From positions 160,001 to 224,000 of the forward strand of contig CAWJIM010000002.1 of assembly GCA_963842945.1 (NCBI GenBank): 64,000 nt of DNA, in the 5' to 3' direction. Positions within the stretch are counted from its first letter, which is position 1. The number at the start of each line of letters is the position of its first letter. Of this stretch, positions 53,987 through 64,000 are shown one piece after another. Position numbers and translations under genes: made by a program. The stretch is from an uncultured Gemmatimonadales bacterium. GTDB lineage: Bacteria; Gemmatimonadota; Gemmatimonadetes; Gemmatimonadales; GWC2-71-9. Under the pieces are notes generated by a model. That model did not search any database, was not told the DNA's origin, and saw only the letters and a program-made list of their open reading frames with translations.

Positions 53987-55646
53987 CTAGTTCTGGGCGG
54001 TTGCCGCCGGTGCCACTCCTACCCGGGCCAGACTGAGAAGGTCCTTCGGGGTCTGAGCCTTCCGCAAGAGGCCGATGGCCGTCTGCATCTGCTGGTCGCT
54101 GGCAGCGCGGCGGCGGAACTCGGCCGGACTTGCCGAACACGTAGCGCGCTACCTCGTAGCCGAGCTGCTCGTCGATCAGAGTCCCGGCACCCTGGAACAC
54201 GGCGGAGCTTGACATCCACCTTGTGGGCCCGGAGCCGCTCGTAGACCTGCTGCCGCATCTCGAGGCGTGATCTTGAAGGATTCGTCTTGGTCACGGTGTG
54301 ATTCTTCTTCGCCTCCAGAGCGATCGACGTCAGGGCATCACGATACTGCGGCAGGCCGTTACCCAGAGCCTTGGCGAATTCCCGCTCCGGTAGCAGTCAG
54401 TGTGTCGAGCCGAACTACCAGGTCGGGGACGATCCCGCCTCCGCCCCGTACCACCCGGCCGGCGTCGGTATGGAAGATGGGCCGCTCCTTCAGGGCCGAG
54501 TCGGTCGACTCCTTATCGGGAGCATTCAGCACCGTATCAGCCACGACCGCCATGGCGGCCTGGGTAGCCTGGTCTTCCTCGTCCTTGGCTATCCGCTGAA
54601 TGGTGCGGCCGCTCGGGCGTAAACCAGCGAGCGGTCGTCAGCTTCAGCGCCACGCCCTCTCCCAAGGGGAAGAGCGTCTGCACCAGTCCCTTGCCGAAGG
54701 TCGGCGCCCCGACCACAACGGCCCGGTCATGGTCCTGGAGTGCACCGGCGATGATCTCGGCCGCGCTGGCGGTCCCGTCGTTCACCAGCACGATGATGGG
54801 AAGGTCCGGCCACACCTGCCGGGCTTCATCGAAGAACTCCTTGGTCGAGCCGCGCGCCCGGCCCCGGGTCGACACGATCTCCTGGCGCGAGTCCAGGAAC
54901 AGATCGGCCACCTTGACGCCCTGGTCCAGCAGTCCGCCTGGATTGCCCCGCAGATCCATGATGAGCGACTTCATGCCCTTGCTCTTCATGGAGGAGATCT
55001 CCTGCCGCAGCTCCTCGGCCGACGTCTCACTCACCGGGTTCAGGGAGATGTAGCCTACCCCACCGCCGAACATGGTGCCCGGCGGCACCGAACGCATATG
55101 GATCTGGGCCCGGGTGAGCCGGTACTTGATGGGATCGGTAATGCCGGCACGGCGAATGGTGATCCCGATCTTGGAGCCCGCGTCGCCCCGAAGGGCCTTC
55201 ACCGCCTGATCGTTCTTCCAGCCTTCGGTGGACTTGCCGTCGACCTCGATGATCTGATCGCCGGTCTCGATGCCGGCTCTCTCGGCCGGAGTCTCGGGCA
55301 GCGGAGCCACCACCGTGATCCAGCCGTCTCTCACGTCGATCTGAATGCCGAGACCGGCGTAGTTGCCGGAGGTCTGCTCGGTGAGCGCCTTGTAGTCGTC
55401 GCCCGTCAGCAGCACGGAGTAGGGATCCTTGAGCTGCTCCAGCATCCCGCGGGTCGCCTTCTGGTAGAGATCGGTCTCGCCGATGGAGTCGACGTAGTAG
55501 GTGCTGACGTGGCCCAGCACATCATCGAACAGGCGGGCCTGCTGGTACACGTTTCCGTCGCTGGCCACGCCCCGCTGCAGCAGCCAGCCGCCGCTGAAGA
55601 ACGAGATCACCGCCACCAGACCAATCACACCCCAGCGCTGCTTCAT
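53987..55646 (-). CDS. S41 carboxyl-terminal processing protease with PDZ domain (several frameshifts)
   Basis: DPYS, GLGIQI, DLRGNPGGLL, TASAAEI, TFGKGLVQ, LKLTTARW, GGGIVPD, DQQM. Confidence 0.92.
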
Positions 55647-55756
55647 ATCTGCCTCCGCTCCCGCAGAATAGCTGACACAGTTCATTCCACCCTGGTGGGG
55701 CCACTCCTCACGCCGAGACCTGTTCTGGACCGGGGATTCGGCGCGCGGGCCGACGG

Positions 55757-56423
55757 TTACAGCGCGGATCTATATAGGGTTAGCCTACCGCCGACTCGAA
55801 AGATTTCCGGTGCGGCGGCCCGCACCTCCGACCACGCCGCCTGCAAGAGCTGGTCCGGCGGAAGGCGTCCGTCTAAATGTCGCACCCCTGGACCCTGAAC
55901 CGCCAGGTAGTAATCCACCACTCGGCGATGGAAATCGGCGCTCTCCCGGTCCAGCCGGTCCTGCCGCTTCCCCGCCGCGATCTGTCGCGCCTGCCCCAGC
56001 TCGGGCGAGAGATCCAGGATCAGGGTGAGGTCCGGAGCGATGTCCTGCGTTGCGGCCTGGTTGGCCATCCGAACCAGGACGGGATCGAGTCCCCGGCCCG
56101 CCATCTGGTATGCTTCGGTCGAAAGCATATAACGGTCGGAGAGGACCACCTGCCCCGCCGCGAGCGCCGGCCGGATGACGGTCTGAACCAGATCGGCCCG
56201 GGCGGCCAGATACAGGAACAGCTCCGCCAGGGGTCCCACGGAGTGGTCCGGATCGAGCAGGGCCTGCCGAGCCGATTCCGCCGCGCGGGTGCCGCCCGGC
56301 TCACGCACCACGACCGGATCGACCTGGCACTCCCGCATGCGCTCGGCCAGCGGTCTCAAGCAAGGTCGACTTGCCCGAGCCCTCCGGTCCCTCCAGAACC
56401 ACGAAGAAGCCGGCGCGCTTCAT
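55757..56423 (-). CDS. tmk: Thymidylate kinase (frameshift near 56360)
   Basis: VLEGPEGSGKST, REPGGT, ELFLYLAARA, LSDRY..ST.AYQ, PDLT. Confidence 0.95.
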
Positions 56424-56773
56424 CCGAGCGTGATGATGCTGCTGGCCGAACCCTTTTCCATGCCCTCACTGATCTGCTGATTCACCTTCTGCATCAGCTT
56501 CTCGAAGTTCGAGCGGGCGACCACATAGGCCTGCCCGGTGGGACTCATCTCGAGGTCGCGAACCGCGGTCTCGTAGGCTTCGGCGGTTGCCTGATCGGGC
56601 ATCTGGCCGGTGGAGACCGCCTGGTCCACTTTGCGGGCGAGCGTCTGGATCTGGTCCAGCTTGGCCACCGTCTCCTTGTCTTCCCGCAACGACGTCTCCG
56701 CTCGCCTGAGCGCCTGGTATTCCGCGGACTGGCCGATCAGCCGGCCCAAGTCCTGCGCCTTGTCCCAGATCAC
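56420..56773 (-). CDS. YlbF/YmcA-family protein
   Basis: [39 protein letters not shown] overlaps on both sides. Confidence 0.8.
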   Translation of the reverse strand: MIWDKAQDLGRLIGQSAEYQALRRAETSLREDKETVAKLDQIQTLARKVDQAVSTGQMPDQATAEAYETAVRDLEMSPTGQAYVVARSNFEKLMQKVNQQISEGMEKGSASSIITLG

Positions 56774-57637
56774 CGTGTGTCGCTCCTCTGCGCGAGCAGA
56801 TACCGCTCGCGTCCAAATAGGTCCATGATGCAGGCTGACGTCGTGCCAGCCATTGCCTGCGGCCAGTCTCACAGCCGCATTTGCCCGGCGAGCAGTCCAC
56901 CTCCAACGCCAGCCATCCGCCCGGGCGAACCCAGGCCCAGCCCTCTTGCAGCAGCCGAGCGGTCTGACCCATACCATCGGCCCCGCTTTCAGAGCCAGCG
57001 CCGGCTCCCAATCACGTACCGACGGATCCAGCTGCGCGTACTCGCTCAGCGTAAGATAGGGAGGATTGGAGATCATTGCGTCAAGCGACCCTGGGGCAAG
57101 GGCAGTTCCGAGATCGCCACGAACAAGGTGAACCGTGCGAGGTGAGCCAACCAGCTCGTGGTTCAGCCGGGCGAGCGCCAGCGCATCGGCCGAAGAATCC
57201 AGCGCGACAATACTCGCCAAACTCGCCCTCGTGCGCCAGGCTCAGTGCGATGCAGCCGCTGCCGGTTCCCACATCGGCGATGCGAGCCGCTTGCGAACTC
57301 GCTGCAGCAGCAGCTCCACCAGTCCCTCCGTCTCCGGCCGCGGTATCAGCGCCCGGCGATCGATCTGCAGGGTCAGGTGGCGGAAGCCCACTTTTCCGGT
57401 GACGTAGGGCAGCGGCTCGCCCAGCGGCGCGGCGGCGAACGGACTCACGATAGAGGGCGGCAAGTTGAGGGTCCACGGGCACGGCGGTGGCGAGTAGTGC
57501 CTCACGCCAGAGACATGCCCCTGCAGCTCGGCCCAGATTCGAAGGGCCTGTCGCCGGGGGTCGGCAACGCCGGCATTGCCGAGCCATTCGGTACCTTCCG
57601 CCATCAGCAGAGCCGGCGAGAGGGCCAGGTCAGGCAT
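56770..57637 (-). CDS. prmC: Release factor glutamine methyltransferase (several frameshifts)
   Basis: GEPLPYVTG...[33 protein letters not shown]. Confidence 0.93.
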
Positions 57638-58689
57638 CGACCAGCTCCTGACGGCTCGCCATCCGAAGCGCGGTCACCATGTCATCCAGACCGCCATTCA
57701 GCACTTCCGGCAGGTTGTGCACCGAGAGGTTGATCCGATGGTCGGTGATCCGGCTCTGAGGAAAGTTGTACGTCCGAATCTTGGCCGAGCGATCGCCAGT
57801 GCCCACCATGGCCCGGCGGTCGCGGGAGCGCGCCGCCTCCTGCTCGGCCAGCATGCGGTCGAGCAGCCGGGCGCGGAGTACCTCCATCGCCTTGATCTTG
57901 TTCTGTAGCTGCGACTTCTGATCCTGCTGGCTGACCACGACGCCGGTCGGTAGATGGGTGATCCGCACCGCGCTGTCGGTGGTGTTCACGCTCTGCCCTC
58001 CCGGGCCGGAGGACCGGAACACGTCGATCTTCAGGTCCTGCGGCTCGATCTTGATGTCGACCTCCTCGGCCTCGGGGAGCACCGCCACGGTCGCGGCGGA
58101 GGTGTGAATCCGTCCCTGCGTCTCGGTCGCCGGCACCCGCTGCACCCGATGCACCCCCGACTCCCGGCGCAGAAGGCCATAGGCCTCATCGCCGCGCACC
58201 GCGACGATCGCCTCCTTGATGCCTCCCAGCGGACCATCGCTCACCGAGATCGGCTCCCAAGAGAGACGGTGGCGCTCGCTGAAGCGCTGGTACATGCGGT
58301 AGAGATCGGCGGCGAACAAGGCGGCCTCATCACCGCCGGTTCCGGCCCGGATCTCCATGATGGCGTCGCGGTCATCGTGCGGATCCCGCGGAAGCAGCAG
58401 CTCGTGCAGCTCCTCGGTCAGGGCGGAGATTTCGTCGGGAAGTCGAGCCAGGTCGGCCTTGGCAAGCGCGACCAGCTCGGGATCGGATTCGGAAGCCAGC
58501 TCCCGCGCCTGGTCCAGGTCCTGCTGGAGGCGAGCCAGACGTTCTGCGAATTTGACGACGGGAGCCAGCCGGGTGTGTTCCCGACCGAGCGACCTCAGTT
58601 TGCTCGGATCTCTTGCTGTACGCGGGGTCTGCCAAGGCCTGGCCGACTTCCTCCGCCCGCGTCAGCGCCTGGCGGAGCCGGGCCTCCAT
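57630..58689 (-). CDS. prfA: Peptide chain release factor 1 (frameshift near 58620)
   Basis: [28 protein letters not shown] (PxT), [24 protein letters not shown]. Confidence 0.96.
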
Positions 58690-58692
58690 GGT

Positions 58693-58914
58693 TTACGCCT
58701 TGGGCGTTGCGGCCGGCTCGGTCTGATACTTCCGGCGGAACCGGTCTACCCGGCCGGCGGTGTCCACCAGGCGCTGCTTGCCGGTGAAGTAAGGATGGCA
58801 CTGGGCGCACACTTCGACGTGGATCGAAGCGGCGGTCGAGCGCGTCTCGAACTGATTGCCGCAGGCGCACTGGACCATCAGCTTGCGGTAATTGGGATGA
58901 AGATCGGCCTTCAT
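58693..58914 (-). CDS. rpmE: 50S ribosomal protein L31 (Zn-binding C+ type)
   Basis: [29 protein letters not shown]. Confidence 0.97.
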   Translation of the reverse strand: MKADLHPNYRKLMVQCACGNQFETRSTAASIHVEVCAQCHPYFTGKQRLVDTAGRVDRFRRKYQTEPAATPKA

Positions 58915-58986
58915 TGCTGCTCCATGGTGGTTGCTAAGCCCAGTAATGTAGCGGGGATGGGGCTAAGACGGAAAGGTCGTATTCAA

Positions 58987-59015
58987 TTGACACCACCATC
59001 GGCCCCAAGTATGCT
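58987..59015 (+). promoter_or_regulatory. Sigma-70 promoter of the Crp/Fnr gene
   Basis: TTGACA-17 nt-TATGCT, 33 nt upstream of the GTG start. Confidence 0.7.
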
Positions 59016-59048
59016 AACCCAAACACTTCCACATCCTGCGAGGCACGA

Positions 59049-59726
59049 GTGCCACTGTCCCCGATGGAGGTCCTCCGTAAGGTCCCCCTCTTTTCCGGAC
59101 TGAGCGAATCCGACCTGGCCGCGTTCGCCGATCTGACCCGGGAACGCAGCTATCCCAAGGGCAGCGTCATCGTGTTCGAAGATGACCCGGGAGATGCCCT
59201 CTTCCTGGTCGCAGCGGGTCAGGTCAAGGTAGTGCTCATCGCAGAGGATGGCCGTGAGGTCATCCTCTCGGTGCTTGGAGAGGGAAGCTTCTTCGGCGAG
59301 ATGGCCGTCATCGACGAGGAGCCCCGCTCCGCGCACGTCATTGCCATGGACGATTCCAGCCTGCTGGTGCTCCGGCGGGAGGACTTCCACGCCCGGCTGC
59401 GGAATTCACCCGAGGTGGCGATTTCGCTGCTGAAGGAGATCTCGCGTCGCTTGCGCCGAGCCGATGAAAAGATCGGGAGCCTCGTCCTGCTCGACGTCAA
59501 CGGCCGGGTCGCCCATCTCCTTCTCCGGATGGCGGAAGACGAAGGAGGCGACCGCATTACCCGCAAGCTGACCCACCACACCATCGCTCAGATGATCGGA
59601 TCGAGCCGGGAGACGGTTTCCCGCACCATGCGCAACCTGGTTGAGCGAGGCATCATTCAGGTCACCCGCAAAGACATTACCCTCAAGGATCGACGCTCCC
59701 TGATGCTTGCCGCCCGGAGGGCGTGA
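59049..59726 (+). CDS. Crp/Fnr family transcriptional regulator
   Basis: cNMP domain FFGEMA....PRSA; HTH IAQMIGSSRETVSR. Confidence 0.95.
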   Translation: MPLSPMEVLRKVPLFSGLSESDLAAFADLTRERSYPKGSVIVFEDDPGDALFLVAAGQVKVVLIAEDGREVILSVLGEGSFFGEMAVIDEEPRSAHVIAMDDSSLLVLRREDFHARLRNSPEVAISLLKEISRRLRRADEKIGSLVLLDVNGRVAHLLLRMAEDEGGDRITRKLTHHTIAQMIGSSRETVSRTMRNLVERGIIQVTRKDITLKDRRSLMLAARRA

Positions 59727-59821
59727 GCATCGTCACCGATGGGCCGTGATAGCTAGCACGGCTGAGCTCCTGCAGAAGCGGAGAGGTTGCGACATAGCCC
59801 CTACCGGCTGCTGGAGTCGCG

Positions 59822-60689
59822 ATGAAGCATGAGGTGACGTTTTGGGGTACCCGCGGCTCGATCCCAACTCCGGGGCCCGAGACCGCGCGGTACGGCGGCA
59901 ACACCGCCTGCATCAGCATTACCGGACCGGACAACCGGCTGGTCATCCTCGATGCCGGCAGCGGACTGCGTCCGCTCGGCCACATGCTGATGAAGCAGCG
60001 GAACGGCATCCTCTCCGCTGATATCCTCCTTTCCCACACCCACTGGGATCACATCCAGGGGCTGCCGTTCTTCAAGCCGCTTCAGCTCCCGGGAAACCTC
60101 GGTCGTCATATACGGAGCCCAGCAGGAGGGGGTGCCGCTCAAGGAGATCCTCGGCAGGCAGATGGATCCCATGGTCTTCCCGGTACCGCTGAATGCCCTG
60201 GCGGCGTCCTTGATGGTGGTGGAGATCGAGGAAGGTGAATTCGAGATCGACGGCTTCAACGTCTGCGCGTTTCGGCTTCGACATCCCGGCACCACGCTGG
60301 GCTATCGGTTGGTGCCGACCTCAGGTGGCCGGCAGCTTGCCTATGTCACCGACAACGAGCTGGGACCAGGCGGGAATTACGAGGTGACGCCGGACTGGCG
60401 CAGCAAGATGGTGGAGTTCATCCAGGGCGCTGAAACGCTGATTCACGACGCCATGTACCTCGACCAGTTCATCCAGGCCCGCGCCGGTTGGGGTCATTCC
60501 ACTCCACGACAGGCGGTTGACCTTGCCCGGGAAGGACGCTGTCGCCGGCTGATCCTGTTCCATCACGAGCCTGAGCACGACGACGCGGCCCTGGACCTTC
60601 TGGTTGAAGACACCAAAAAATACGCCGCTCAGGTCGCTCCAACTCTCGTGGTCGAGGCCGCGGTCGAAGGACTGAGCTTTCGCTTGTGA
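59822..60689 (+). CDS. MBL-fold metallo-hydrolase (frameshift near 60085)
   Basis: WGTRGSIP, YGGNT.C, LDAGSG, SHTHWDHIQG, HPG, TDNE, HDA, GWGHS, LFHHEP. Confidence 0.92.
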
Positions 60690-61970
60690 AGACCAGTCGA
60701 AGCCAAAGTCCACACCGCCGCCGCAATTCCGGCATGCGCCGGAAGCGCAAGAGCAATGACCGACTGGTTGACCTGGTAGAACGGTGTCAGGGACTTGAGC
60801 AGGAGACCGAGGAGAGACAGCGCCGCGACGGCTGTGGCCAGGACCAGGGTGCCCCGGGCAAACCGGGCTGACCCGAACGCCAACCGAGTCAGCAACCAGA
60901 TCAGCGGCAGCGCAAGCAGGTCGAACTGCAGCACGTTTTCGTTGTGATAAGCCGCAGCATGATCGGTCAGTCCCCACAGGCCCGCCAGCACCAGCCCGCC
61001 CACTCCAGTCAGCAGCAACCAGGTCCAGGTCACCGCCAGAAATCCGGCTCGAGCAACGCCGGATGTTCTCGCCCGACGGGCGAAGGCCACGGCAGAACCA
61101 CCGATCGCGACTCCAGCCAGGAGATACCACCCAGTCCATGAAGGTGGAATCGAGAGCGGCTCCGGTTCGGTGGACTGGAACAGGGTCCGCTCGGATCTGA
61201 CCAGGGGAACACTTCGGCCATCCGGTGCGGTCACCCGAATGCTTCGAACATGGACTCGCATCGCCAGGGGCAGAAACATCTCCTCCCATTGGGAGATGGG
61301 ACGGTCGACCGGCTGTCCCAGAGCCAGTAGAAGGCCGGTGTAGATCGGAGGATCGTTGGCGGTCAGGCGCAGGGTGTGGAAGCGATAGGTTCTCCCGGTC
61401 GGCGCTGGCGCCGTGGCGGCCCGAATCGCTCCGCCGAGTGCCCGGTCGAGCGCGTCGCGCACGCGAGTAGAGCAGTTGTCGCGATAGTAGTCGTAGTGGT
61501 AAAAGCGATTCTCCGGCCGCTCGTTCCACTCCAGGAATTGCTGCAAGCTCGCGCCGGGCCGCGGGCGCTATCTCCAGCTCCTGAACCCAGACCGAACGGT
61601 TGGCCTTCCGGTACGACTCGACATAGGACTGGGCCGGGTACCCCCGCATCCAATACCACATCCGGCCCTGGACGAAGTGAAGCAGGAAGTTGTGCTGGCC
61701 GAAATCGAAGAGTCCGTAATTGTAGGTCTGATCGGTGCCGCGGGCGGGATCGTGGATCCAGATGGCGTTATGGCCGAACCGCTCCCAGACTTGCCTGCCG
61801 GGGCCCATGGTCATGAGGTAGACGGTCAGTCCGGTGTCCGGCAGGGCGGCGGGGCGGCGGGGCAGCGGGGCAGTTTGCTGAGCGAGGACCGAGGTATCGA
61901 GTAAAAAAATCAGGAGAACCGCCATAGCCAGACCGCCCCGCCGCCCCCCTGCCCCGCTGCCCCGCTTCAC
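60629..61970 (-). CDS. DUF4105 / Lnb-type lipoprotein N-acyltransferase-like protein (frameshift near 61545)
   Basis: Signal peptide, GPG....RFGHNAI, YNYGLFDF, QEL, YHYDYYRDNCSTR, FLP, C-terminal TMs with DH..N.N; GTGA overlap with the upstream gene. Confidence 0.85.
61842..61964. repeat. Inverted pair of 4x CGGGGCRG octamer arrays inside the DUF4105 5' coding region
   Basis: Arms 61842-61873 and 61933-61964; 26 Watson-Crick + 3 G.U of 32 pairs in the mRNA. Confidence 0.8.
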
Positions 61971-63001
61971 AATTCCACATCTCGATTATCGAACGCCGAG
62001 CGATAGATCCCGTCGAGCACCTGGTGCAGGGTCAGATGTTCGTTGAGGGCGGGAATCTTGGCGTCTCCCGCGATGCCCGCCTGGAAGTGCGCCCACTCCG
62101 CCCGGTAGGACGCGGTGAACGCATTCTCCCGCCCCACCGAGCCGGTGGGCGAGACGTCTACCGCCATGCCGTGCAGCTCCTTCCACACATTCAACGGATT
62201 GATGCCCGCAGTCCCCTTGCTGCCTCTGAGCCCCACCCCGAACCGCTCGCCTTCGCCGAGGTGCCGCCATGTCACATCCACAAACACCGACATCCCATTC
62301 TCACAGACGACAAAGGCGCTTCCGGACTGCTCCACCGCCCGGTCGCGCGCCACCGGGTCGAGACTGGCGGTGACCCGTGCCGGCTTGGAGTTGCCTCCCA
62401 ACCAGAGTCCCAGATCCAGAATCGACAGTCCCAGGTCGAGCATCGCTCCACCACCCGACTGCTCCCGGCGCTGCCGCCAGCCCAGCGGCGTGCGCCCCGG
62501 CCGGAAAACATGCCAGCTCCCCCGGACGCTCTCGATAGTGCCGAGCTCTCCGCTCTGAACGAAGCTGCGCACGATCTGCACGTCGGGACGGTACCGGTGA
62601 TTCATCCCCACCATGACCACTCGGTCGCGCTTCTCCACCGCCTTCAGGATGCGCTGGGCACTGGTACCGGACATGGCGAGGGGCTTCTCGACCAGGACGT
62701 GGAGATTGGCCGACAGCGCCGCCTGAATGTGGGACTCGTGCAAGTGGGTGGGGGAGCAGATGACCACGGCATCGAGCTCCTCGTAGCGCAACAGCTCCTC
62801 GATGTCGTCGAAGGCATCCTTCACCCCGAACCGGTCGGCAAGGGCTCGAGCCTTGGGCAGATCGATGTCGCAGATGGCGAGCACCTCCACCGTGCGCATT
62901 TTCTTGAGCACAGGCAGGTGCGCCACCTGGGCAATCGCTCCGCCCCCGATGACTCCCACCTTGAGCCGCTCGCCTGCGGCTGCGCCGCGACCGGCAGTCA
63001 T
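61967..63001 (-). CDS. Gfo/Idh/MocA family oxidoreductase
   Basis: VGVIGGGAIA, H, HVLVEKPLA, GGGAMLDLG. Confidence 0.92.
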   Translation of the reverse strand: MTAGRGAAAGERLKVGVIGGGAIAQVAHLPVLKKMRTVEVLAICDIDLPKARALADRFGVKDAFDDIEELLRYEELDAVVICSPTHLHESHIQAALSANLHVLVEKPLAMSGTSAQRILKAVEKRDRVVMVGMNHRYRPDVQIVRSFVQSGELGTIESVRGSWHVFRPGRTPLGWRQRREQSGGGAMLDLGLSILDLGLWLGGNSKPARVTASLDPVARDRAVEQSGSAFVVCENGMSVFVDVTWRHLGEGERFGVGLRGSKGTAGINPLNVWKELHGMAVDVSPTGSVGRENAFTASYRAEWAHFQAGIAGDAKIPALNEHLTLHQVLDGIYRSAFDNRDVEL

Positions 63002-63016
63002 AGCACCTCCTTCTCC

Positions 63017-64000
63017 TCAGTAGCGGCGAGTCAGGCTGGTGCCGGGAAAGTAGGCCGCCAGAATTTGCGCGTACCCGTGCCCCGCCCGAGCTCGGCCGAC
63101 TGCGCCCCACTGACAAAATCCCACACCATGGCCCGCTCCCATGCCGTCCACCGTCAGATGTGACACCCTTCCACCGCCGCCGCTCACAGCCAGTGTGAAC
63201 GCGTTGCTCCGGAGCAGCTCGCCGTTCGCCGGCCGGAGGACCTGCCGGATGGCGAGACCATTGACTCGCACCTCGGGACCGCCCAGCGCGATGACGAGCT
63301 GATCGACTCGTCCGGACGGTGTCCGCCGCGCCACCCGGATATCGGTCACCTGCCGCACCAGCTCTCTCCGGATGCCGGTGACGGGCGGAAGATTTCGTTC
63401 CAAGCGTGGCCCGAAGCGACTGATCACTCCACTCCTCGTGCCAGCGGTAGCGGGGGGAGATGCTGCAGTACGCCACCCCATGCTCGTCTTCGTCGGCGAC
63501 GGAACGAAGATAGGGCTGAGCCGCGCCGTGAAAGACTTCGGCGCCTTCGGCGGTTCTCCCGCCACAGGTCGAATAGAAGAACGCCTCGGCCGGTACGCCA
63601 TTGTACGTCAGCAGAATGCCGCGGGTGGCAGCGACGGCAGCCCTGCCCTGGGGCGTCTCGAACAGAACTCCGCCATATACCTGATCGGTAACGCCGGCGG
63701 TCAGGTCGAACCCCTGGGCCTTCCGTTTACCCATGTTGCGCAGCGCGAAGGTCCGCGACACCACCGCCTGAGCCTCGAGCGCCGCCTGCTCGTTCGGGCT
63801 GCGGTGGCCCATCTCGGCGGAGACCACGCCGTCCACATAGGCTTCCAGTCCGAGCCGGTTCACGACGGTGACGCCCGCCGGATCCCGCAGCAGGTCGGCG
63901 GTTCCGCGATAGGGCTTTCCGTTGATCCGGATCGGGTCCGATGGACCATTTGCTACGAGTACCACGGCCTCGAGCGCCGGCGAGACCCAGCCTCCCGAAC
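63017..64000 (-). CDS. SpoIID/LytB domain protein (5' end outside the window; frameshift near 63410)
   Basis: YRG, VNRLGLEAYV.GVV.AEM, ALEAQAVVSRT, DQVYGG, FYSTCGG.T, PYL, LRS, GHGVG.CQWGA, IL..YFPG. Confidence 0.92.

Noticed and set aside
56420..57220. PrmC-YlbF fusion ORF
   Set aside because: Produced by indels in prmC; the true prmC frame ends at a GTGA overlap at 56770-56773.
58600..58630. Programmed frameshift in the release factor gene
   Set aside because: This is RF1 (PAT motif), there is no CTT-TGA slippery site as in prfB, and indels are common across the window.
63017..64000. Sporulation system inferred from SpoIID and YlbF
   Set aside because: SpoIID/LytB lytic transglycosylases are widespread in non-sporulating bacteria; no other spo genes here.

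Overview
GC-rich bacterial core-genome segment, inferred from gene content and order to be Gemmatimonadota (Gemmatimonadales-like). It holds about 52 protein-coding genes and two tRNAs (Ser-GCT, Gln-TTG). Housekeeping clusters are gltX; trxA-rsmI; pdxJ-ispE; prs-rplY-pth-ychF-rpsF-rpsR-DUF2232-rplI; rsfS; smc-aroF-lolA; and rpmE-prfA-prmC-ylbF-tmk-S41 protease. Over half of the genes, including essential ones, are split by single-base indels that are best explained as long-read assembly errors, so they are reported as reconstructed CDSs with approximate ends. No integrase, transposase, prophage or CRISPR array is visible. The most interesting elements are: (1) a translationally coupled operon of uncharacterised envelope proteins (DUF4159, DUF4175-like, TPR, Tat-exported GATase-like) running into a JAB/RadC-DinG helicase fusion and a TonB-like SxxxH protein; (2) an islet 3' of tRNA-Gln with two GT4 glycosyltransferases and two paralogous PKD lipoproteins sharing an unnamed 4-Cys domain that ends in a LecB/DUF4114-like DGG..DFND loop; (3) a family of 7-9-nt tandem repeats forming long hairpins and G-quadruplex motifs, two abutting identical CTATTTT boxes and one inverted pair encoding the two flanks of a signal peptide; (4) a His-less tandem Hpt-like protein; (5) a peptidase-PD40-Omp85 protein, a DAK2-DegV fusion and an Lnb-type N-acyltransferase. 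All family calls come from motif recognition by eye; no searches were run.
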